This document shows, one piece after another, positions 57,700 to 64,000 of a DNA stretch of 64,000 bases (the first letter of the stretch is position 1; each line of letters starts with the position of its first letter). Below the pieces are notes generated by a model. The model was not told the DNA's origin, ran no database searches, and worked only from the letters and a program-made list of their open reading frames with translations. Location of the stretch: contig OZ244057.1 in NCBI GenBank assembly GCA_965215515.1, positions 896,001 through 960,000 of the forward strand. Reading direction: 5' to 3'. The position numbers and the translations under genes were made by a program. This stretch comes from Oligoflexales bacterium. Its GTDB lineage: Bacteria; Bdellovibrionota_B; Oligoflexia; Oligoflexales; JAPPIL01.

Positions 57700-59358
57700 T
57701 TAAGTCTTACCCCGACTAGGATTTTTCTTTACGTGATTCCTCAGTTCCTTGAGTGGCAGCCAAACACGTTCAGATTTAACGCTGTGGCAAAAAAGCCACC
57801 ACAGGGTGATGTTTACTTTGCTACTGTCCTGCAACGTTGTCATCCCCTTGTGTTGTTTTTGCAGGTGTTGCAACCTCTTGTAAATGGCATCGCACCACGC
57901 ATAGCGAGCCAGAAAATCACGCCAATCGCTACTGGTTTCGAAACAGGCAAGCGGACGGGCAGCGACAATCGGATACAGCTGCCAGGCATTGCGGGTGTAG
58001 CTCGGCACCACCAACACCCCACAGGTGGTATCGAGCAGTGAAGTCAGCGGTGTCGGCAACTCAATCGCTTGCAGACGATCGATATCCCCCTGCTCCGTCT
58101 GCGTGAGGAAGATCGACTTGAGAAATGCGGTGAATTTGTTGGCGCGCTTTTTTTCTATTTCGGCACGGCGACGCGACAGTTCGCCGCGCAATAAAAATTC
58201 CACCAACACCGCCTGCGTCGGCGATAAGTGCAAACCATCCCGCCCCACCTTGTGGGAAAAAATTGCCGCAACCTGGCGTATCACCCGCCAATACTCCTGC
58301 TTGCTGGTCAGCGGGCCGAAGGCGTGCGTCGCCGCGACGGGAACTTCACCGACCGCAACCCTTACGCCGTTGCGGTGCGGTTGCAGAAAGATAGTAGCGA
58401 GGTCGCGTTGGTAGCCGAGACAGCTCTTGACGAAATGCTCACCCTCGCTGACCCGCTGCTCCCACAACATGGCGGCATAGAGATTGGGGAACGGCTGCGT
58501 GCGCAGACTGCTCGCCTGTAGGATATTGCGTAATACGGTGCGAGGCAAATCCCGATACTGACTGAGGGCACGCACATCGCGGGCGAGGTTCGCATAGCTG
58601 GCCTTGAAAATAAGCTTGCGCTCACGATCGAACAAGCGCACCACACCAGGGCAAGCAGGCATGTCTTGCAGAGTTTTGCTGCCGATCGCCCAACCGAGCT
58701 TCGTGCACGAATCGATGTCGCCCTGCAATCTGATCGCCTCGCTGATCGTCTCGATGTCACGTTCGCGCAGGACACGCAACAGCTGCGTGAACAGAGCCAC
58801 CGTCGTTTCGGCATCGCCCTCGGCACGATGTGCCGACGATACCTCCACCCCCAGATGTTTGGCACTGCCCTGTAGAGTCTTGTCGGGTGCGGCAGGGAAA
58901 AGTTTGGTAGTCAGCAAATGCGTGCAAAGATAGAAGTTTTTGATTTGCTTGCGGCAGACCTGAAGCGCAAAATGCTTGATGAACTTCATATCGCCGCCAC
59001 AATTGTGGCTGACCAGAACACGATCGCCGATGAAGGTGAGCACAGCTGGCATGACCTCCTCGATCGACGGTGCGTCCTTGACCATCTTATCGTTTAACCC
59101 CGTCATCTTGCGCACAAGCGGCGGGATGGGGATGCGCGGATTGACCAGCGTGTAGTAGCGGTCGCTGACCTTACCGTGCTGGTAGTTGAGGGCACAGAGC
59201 TCGGTGATGCCGTTTTTCAGTGCATTACCGCCCGTCGTTTCGATATCGAACACGGTGTAGCAGCCCGCACTGAGCGCCTTGTCTATCTGGGCACGACAAC
59301 GGGTAGAATAGCTCCCGTCTCTGCTGCGCCTGCCTCTGCTGCTGGGTGGAGTGACCAT
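57700..59358 (-). CDS. DEDDh (DnaQ-like) exonuclease fused to a degenerate UvrC-like GIY-YIG region
   Basis: FDIETTG, VSHN...D, HRAEGD; then MPACPGVVRLFD...NLARDV. Confidence 0.8.
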   Translation of the reverse strand: MVTPPSSRGRRSRDGSYSTRCRAQIDKALSAGCYTVFDIETTGGNALKNGITELCALNYQHGKVSDRYYTLVNPRIPIPPLVRKMTGLNDKMVKDAPSIEEVMPAVLTFIGDRVLVSHNCGGDMKFIKHFALQVCRKQIKNFYLCTHLLTTKLFPAAPDKTLQGSAKHLGVEVSSAHRAEGDAETTVALFTQLLRVLRERDIETISEAIRLQGDIDSCTKLGWAIGSKTLQDMPACPGVVRLFDRERKLIFKASYANLARDVRALSQYRDLPRTVLRNILQASSLRTQPFPNLYAAMLWEQRVSEGEHFVKSCLGYQRDLATIFLQPHRNGVRVAVGEVPVAATHAFGPLTSKQEYWRVIRQVAAIFSHKVGRDGLHLSPTQAVLVEFLLRGELSRRRAEIEKKRANKFTAFLKSIFLTQTEQGDIDRLQAIELPTPLTSLLDTTCGVLVVPSYTRNAWQLYPIVAARPLACFETSSDWRDFLARYAWCDAIYKRLQHLQKQHKGMTTLQDSSKVNITLWWLFCHSVKSERVWLPLKELRNHVKKNPSRGKT

Positions 59359-59439
59359 GCCTGACTTCTTGAACTACGCACCTCCTTATGATAATGCCAC
59401 CGCTCGGCAGTTAATCCAACAAGATAATGAGGACAAGCG

Positions 59440-60582
59440 ATGCCAGATTTTCAGCTTAACGAGGAGCAACGAGCCTTGCAGCATGCCGCACGGGAATTCG
59501 CCCAGCGTGAGATGATGCCCTGTGCCGCGACTTACGATGAATCGATGGACTATCCCTGGCCGATCGTCGAGAAAGCCTTCGCCCAGGGACTGATGAACGT
59601 CTTCGTGCCCGAAACACACGGTGGTCTCGGCCTCTCGCATCTCGATGTCGCCTTGATCGTCGAACAGCTCGCCTACGGCTGTTCAGGGATGGCGACGGCA
59701 CTGACGGCCAACGAACTCGCCCTCTCGCCGCTGACTCTAGCGGGTAACGCCGCACAAATCAAAAAATTCACCGCCCTGCTGCTGGAGAAACCGCGCGTCG
59801 CGGCCTATTGCGTCACCGAGCCCGACGCAGGTAGCGATGTTGCCGCCATCACCACCACCGCCAGAAAAGACGGCGACAGCTATATCCTCAACGGCGAAAA
59901 AATGTGGATCACCAATGCTTCCGTCGCCAGTTGGTATTTTGTCCTCGCCACCCTCGACCGCCAGCGCGGCGCAAAGGGGATGGTTTGTTTTGTGCTCCCC
60001 CGCGATCTGGACGGTATCACGCCAGGCAAGAAAGAAATAAACATGGGACAACGCTGCTCCGATACCCGCGCCGTCACCTTCAAGGAGGTGAAAGTACCCG
60101 CCGCCTTCCGTCTCGGCGAAGAGGGCGAGGGTTTCAAGATCGCCATGCGTGCTTTCGACAAGTCCCGCCCGATGGTCGCCGCCCTCGCGACAGGAGTTGC
60201 ACAGTGCGCCTTCGACCACGCCCTGCGCTACGCACAAGAACGCCATGCCTTCGGCAAACCGATCTTCGCCCATCAAGCGGTGGCTTTCATGCTGGCAGAC
60301 ATGGCCACCGAGATCGAAGCCGCCCGTCTGCTGACCTGGCGAGCAGCACAGTTGCTCGACCAGAAAAAGCGCGCGACGAAGGAGGCCTCGATGGCGAAGT
60401 TGTTCGCCTCGGCAACCGCAGTCAAGACCACCGAACATGCGGTGCAAATCTACGGCGGTTACGGCTATAACCGCGAGTACCCTGTGGAAAAACTCTATCG
60501 CGATGCGAAAATTTTTCAAATTTACGAGGGCACTTCCCAAATGCAAAAATTGATCATCTCACGTCACCTAGTACCACAGTGA
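59440..60582 (+). CDS. Acyl-CoA dehydrogenase
   Basis: YCVTEPDAGSD, LNGEKMWITNA, ERHAFGKPI, QIYGGYGY, YRDAKIFQIYEGT. Confidence 0.95.
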   Translation: MPDFQLNEEQRALQHAAREFAQREMMPCAATYDESMDYPWPIVEKAFAQGLMNVFVPETHGGLGLSHLDVALIVEQLAYGCSGMATALTANELALSPLTLAGNAAQIKKFTALLLEKPRVAAYCVTEPDAGSDVAAITTTARKDGDSYILNGEKMWITNASVASWYFVLATLDRQRGAKGMVCFVLPRDLDGITPGKKEINMGQRCSDTRAVTFKEVKVPAAFRLGEEGEGFKIAMRAFDKSRPMVAALATGVAQCAFDHALRYAQERHAFGKPIFAHQAVAFMLADMATEIEAARLLTWRAAQLLDQKKRATKEASMAKLFASATAVKTTEHAVQIYGGYGYNREYPVEKLYRDAKIFQIYEGTSQMQKLIISRHLVPQ

Positions 60583-60711
60583 CCGCAAGACAGGGTCATC
60601 CTTGCCGCGTGCGATAGATTAGGTGCTAATCCGTAATTAGAGCAAAAAACAAAAAACATTCAAGCATTTCAAAAAACCACCGATAGCCTCCATGAACTTT
60701 TGGGGAAGAGG

Positions 60712-63700
60712 ATGAAAAATGATGCTAAGCGATTGCTCTCCCTGTGGATGCTAGCACTCTGCCTCGCCTGCGGGGGAGATGATCTGGAGTCAGGCTCTAA
60801 GTTCATCAGCAAGACACAGCGAGATCGTGATGGGCATCCTAGCGGCAGCGATATCCACAGGTGTTATTATCGCGGCAACACAGTGGTCTGTGGCTTGCAT
60901 GGCAACGCCTATCTGATCAACAAAGTGCATGAAAAAGACCACCCCAACAGTTCTTCCGACGCACGCGACCCGCCTTACCTCGATATGACGGTCGAGGTGC
61001 AGGTCGGGTGGTGGGCGACTAAGCATGAAGATTGCGATAACCCTTGTATGACCGATGACAAAGTCACGGCGGGAGAATCTCCTGATCCTACCACATGCAC
61101 AAGCACTGACGAGGGGGCCGATCCCGCCAGCCCCGACGACGATACTGTAACTGAACATGACTGCACATGGCATTCCTGTCTGGGGGGAGTGAATGCCACC
61201 GAGGTGGTCAACGCGGCCATCGACAAGTGGCTCGCCCCACTGCGAACACCGTACAGCAGCACCGAGAACCCGATCATCAGTGGCGGTTATATCGACAACA
61301 CTGACCCCAAGGATGTGGCAGATCTGACAGTCAATTTTGCCTGCTCGCACTCTTCTCTTGCTTCAAAGATCCCCTGCCCGATCAGCTGCACGCGCTACCG
61401 AAATGCCTCCGGCGGCTACACCACTATCCCTAGCAGCGACGGTAGTTGCGACAAGGATAGCAGCGGAGCCTGCGCGCACAATCAGCCTGTCATCCAGCTC
61501 GGCGATGGCCGTTTACCCAAAGAGAATCACCGCGATACCTTGGGTGAGCACGACAAACTCAATTTGCTCCATGAGATCGGGCATGCCTTCGGCCTCGCCG
61601 ACACCCACGACGGAGGAGTAAGGATCGGCAAACAGCCGCGGGCGATCATGGCATGGGAGCGGATCGGGGAGCGGGGCAATAACGATTTGTTGCTCGGTAA
61701 AGACGACAAGGCAGGGGTGCAGTGGTTGTACGAGCACCATCGGCGCGGGCAACGCGAGCGTGACTGTCATTTCGACGAGTATGAGTACAACAGTAACACG
61801 GGACAGGAGGGTTGCGAGCCGCGCTATGTGTTGATCGTCACCCTGAAAAACCGCAACCACGGAGAGGCGGTGGTGATCATCGATACTGACCCTAACCTCG
61901 ACATCAACGAAGTCGAGGAGGAAACGGGCAACTCAGCCTTGCACTACGCCATCATCGAGCATGCTAATCCTATCAACACGGATGCGGATACGGCGGGCTA
62001 CCTGCTGGTCATTCAGGAATTGCTGGACTATGCAGGCATTAACCTTAACCTCAAGGATAAGACGACGGGCCGGACTCCTCTGCATCTGGCGGTACAGTTC
62101 AACCAGCAACGTATCGTCATTCTTCTTCTCGCCGCCGCGGGCATCTTGGTACAAACAGCAGATGACAAGCAGCAGACAGCCTTGCATTACGCCGCGAGCT
62201 TGGGTCACACGCATCTAATCAGTGCGATGCTGGCGAGTTTTGGCAGCCACGTAGAGGCACAGGACAGCGACGGCAAGACGGCGTTGCATCTGGCGGCAGC
62301 AAACGGACATGCCGACACCGTGAGTTTTTTCAGTGCCTACACGGGTGGCGGGATTGCTGCGCTAGCGGGGACGGAGGATAACGATGGCAACACGGCGTTA
62401 CATCTGGCGGCGGAAAATGGGCGCACGGATGTGGTGGCAGTGATTTTGCGCGCCGACCGCGGCAGGACGTTCTTAAACAGCACTAACGACCGTGATGAAA
62501 CCCCGCTGCATCTGGCGGCAAAGTTCGGTCGTGACGATGTGGTGGCGAGTTTGTTGCGACAGACAGATGTCGATATCAATCGGCAAGATGTCCAAGGCAA
62601 CACGCCTTTGCACCTCGCCGCACTGCATAACCGCCCTGCCGTCGTGCGTTTACTGCTCAACAAGAGCGGGATCGACACCACGATCAGCAACGGCAACGAC
62701 AAGACAGCACGTGACGAAGCGGTCAGTCACCGCCATACCGATGTTATCGACGTTTTCGATGGTGGCGATACCCTCTATGGCACGAGTTCTGCGGAACGGC
62801 TCATCCAGGCCTTGAAGGTAGGTAACATCGACCCAGACGAGTACTGCACCGCAGGCGATAGCGATTGCCGCCAGAAGTCGGCCTTAACGATTATGCGTAC
62901 CGATCAAAACCTCGATGTCAATTACACCGAGCCTAGCACAGGCAACACGGCACTGCACTACGCAGTACAGGGGGACGACCCTGTCGGCGCGGCCCGCGGC
63001 CCGTACGAGACGGTCGTCGATCTCCTCGTGCGCCGCACTTTGCTCAACCCCAACCTCAAGAACACCAACGGCGCGACCCCACTACATCTTGCCGTGCGGC
63101 ATGCAAAACTGGAAACGGTAAGGCTGTTGCTGGGCAATCGCCGCCTCGACGCTAATCTTACCAACAATGTCGGCGAAACTGCCCTACACATCGCTGTCGA
63201 TCTTGCCCATGAAAACATTCTCGCGGAGTTGCTGCGTTACCGTAGCGGCACAGTCGATGTCAATCTACAGGACGACACGGGACGTACACCGTTGCATATC
63301 GCTGCCGAGCAGCGCAATCCTGAGGTTGTTCAGATGTTGGTCGATGACCGCCGTGTCGATGTTAACCTCCGTACCCGCACCCACGACGAGACTGCCTTGC
63401 ACATTGCGGCTGAGTTCGACAACGACGAGGTTGTCGAGGTATTGCTGCGCGATGCTGACATCGATGTCAATCTACAGGATGCGACAGGTTCGACGGCCTT
63501 GCATAGCGCGGCTCATCACGGCAGTACGGCGGTGGTGACGCTGCTACTCGACGTGCCTAATATCGACCTGACTATTCTCGATAACCAGCAGCTCAGTGCT
63601 TATGGGCGCGCCGAAGCCAGCGGTTCGAATGATGTGGTGGAAATTTTTGACAACCTGGACAGGGGCGACGATGTTGTTTTCCGCGGCACGCTGATGGAGG

Positions 63701-64000
63701 AGTTGCGTGACAAGGGTAGCGGCGAAGATGTGGAAGATGTGGCTCTCGACATTCTCAATGACGACGAAGACGATCTCGACGTTAATGAAAGAGACCGTCG
63801 CAGTGGCAAGACTCCGCTGCATTATGCGGTCGAGTACGAGTATGCTCGTTTGCTTGCCGCTCTGTTGGCGCATCCTGACCTCCAGATTAATTTAAAAGAC
63901 GGGGAGGGCGAGACTGCTTTGCATCACGCGGTGCGTTTACAGCAGGCCAGCACGGTTACCGATTTGTTGCGGCATCGTGCTATCGAGGTCAATGCCACTG
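60712..64000 (+). CDS. Lipoprotein with metzincin-type zinc peptidase domain and ankyrin repeats (partial, runs off window; not in ORF track)
   Basis: Read directly with no stop to 64000: MKNDAKRLLSLWMLALCLAC lipobox; HEIGHAFGLADTH at ~61570; AIMA Met-turn; at least 15 (T/S)(P/A)LH ankyrin motifs. Confidence 0.88.
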   Translation, partial: MKNDAKRLLSLWMLALCLACGGDDLESGSKFISKTQRDRDGHPSGSDIHRCYYRGNTVVCGLHGNAYLINKVHEKDHPNSSSDARDPPYLDMTVEVQVGWWATKHEDCDNPCMTDDKVTAGESPDPTTCTSTDEGADPASPDDDTVTEHDCTWHSCLGGVNATEVVNAAIDKWLAPLRTPYSSTENPIISGGYIDNTDPKDVADLTVNFACSHSSLASKIPCPISCTRYRNASGGYTTIPSSDGSCDKDSSGACAHNQPVIQLGDGRLPKENHRDTLGEHDKLNLLHEIGHAFGLADTHDGGVRIGKQPRAIMAWERIGERGNNDLLLGKDDKAGVQWLYEHHRRGQRERDCHFDEYEYNSNTGQEGCEPRYVLIVTLKNRNHGEAVVIIDTDPNLDINEVEEETGNSALHYAIIEHANPINTDADTAGYLLVIQELLDYAGINLNLKDKTTGRTPLHLAVQFNQQRIVILLLAAAGILVQTADDKQQTALHYAASLGHTHLISAMLASFGSHVEAQDSDGKTALHLAAANGHADTVSFFSAYTGGGIAALAGTEDNDGNTALHLAAENGRTDVVAVILRADRGRTFLNSTNDRDETPLHLAAKFGRDDVVASLLRQTDVDINRQDVQGNTPLHLAALHNRPAVVRLLLNKSGIDTTISNGNDKTARDEAVSHRHTDVIDVFDGGDTLYGTSSAERLIQALKVGNIDPDEYCTAGDSDCRQKSALTIMRTDQNLDVNYTEPSTGNTALHYAVQGDDPVGAARGPYETVVDLLVRRTLLNPNLKNTNGATPLHLAVRHAKLETVRLLLGNRRLDANLTNNVGETALHIAVDLAHENILAELLRYRSGTVDVNLQDDTGRTPLHIAAEQRNPEVVQMLVDDRRVDVNLRTRTHDETALHIAAEFDNDEVVEVLLRDADIDVNLQDATGSTALHSAAHHGSTAVVTLLLDVPNIDLTILDNQQLSAYGRAEASGSNDVVEIFDNLDRGDDVVFRGTLMEELRDKGSGEDVEDVALDILNDDEDDLDVNERDRRSGKTPLHYAVEYEYARLLAALLAHPDLQINLKDGEGETALHHAVRLQQASTVTDLLRHRAIEVNAT

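Noticed and set aside
60617..60631. Palindrome GATTAG-gtg-CTAATC upstream of the ankyrin gene
   Set aside because: Single short occurrence, cannot be told from chance.
60790..63895. Short track ORFs at the window end
   Set aside because: Shadows of the long + strand frame starting at 60712, which the track omitted because it has no stop in the window.
1..64000. CRISPR arrays, tRNA and rRNA genes
   Set aside because: No regularly spaced repeats or recognisable RNA gene signatures seen by eye in the intergenic regions; tRNAscan-SE and Infernal would be needed to exclude them.

Overview
A 64 kb bacterial chromosome segment, gene-dense and mostly moderately GC-rich. Gene content (PilG/H/I-like ABC cluster, sigma54 activator, multiheme cytochromes, many lipoproteins, TPR/LRR/ankyrin proteins) suggests a Bdellovibrionota/Oligoflexia- or Myxococcota-like organism, possibly host-associated; this is inference only. 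Most of the window is housekeeping: yggS/yggT, ilvC, riboflavin synthase, fabH/fabG, pckG, korB, pntAB, type II glutamine synthetase, ubiX and a frameshifted ubiA, dnaG, yajQ, tpiA, rsmH-ftsL-ftsI-murE, thyX, dnaK and an acyl-CoA dehydrogenase. The standout is an AT-rich, tightly packed four-gene operon (13733-20382): a coiled-coil/beta-rich protein, a PomA/MotA-like and a PomB/MotB-like ion-motor pair, and a 1389-aa Upf1/DNA2-type SF1 helicase with a possible C-terminal nuclease-like domain, with no flagellar genes in the window. It resembles Zorya in logic but not in parts and is a candidate undescribed membrane-motor-coupled defence system. Also notable are two genes missing from the ORF track (a 33-aa Arg/Lys-rich ORF at 7047-7148 and a >1096-aa metalloprotease-ankyrin lipoprotein from 60712 to the window end), a di-heme cytochrome/beta-barrel fusion, a shared promoter motif upstream of hsp20 and dnaK, and a homopolymer frameshift in ubiA. 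No tRNA, rRNA, CRISPR array, integrase or transposase was recognised.
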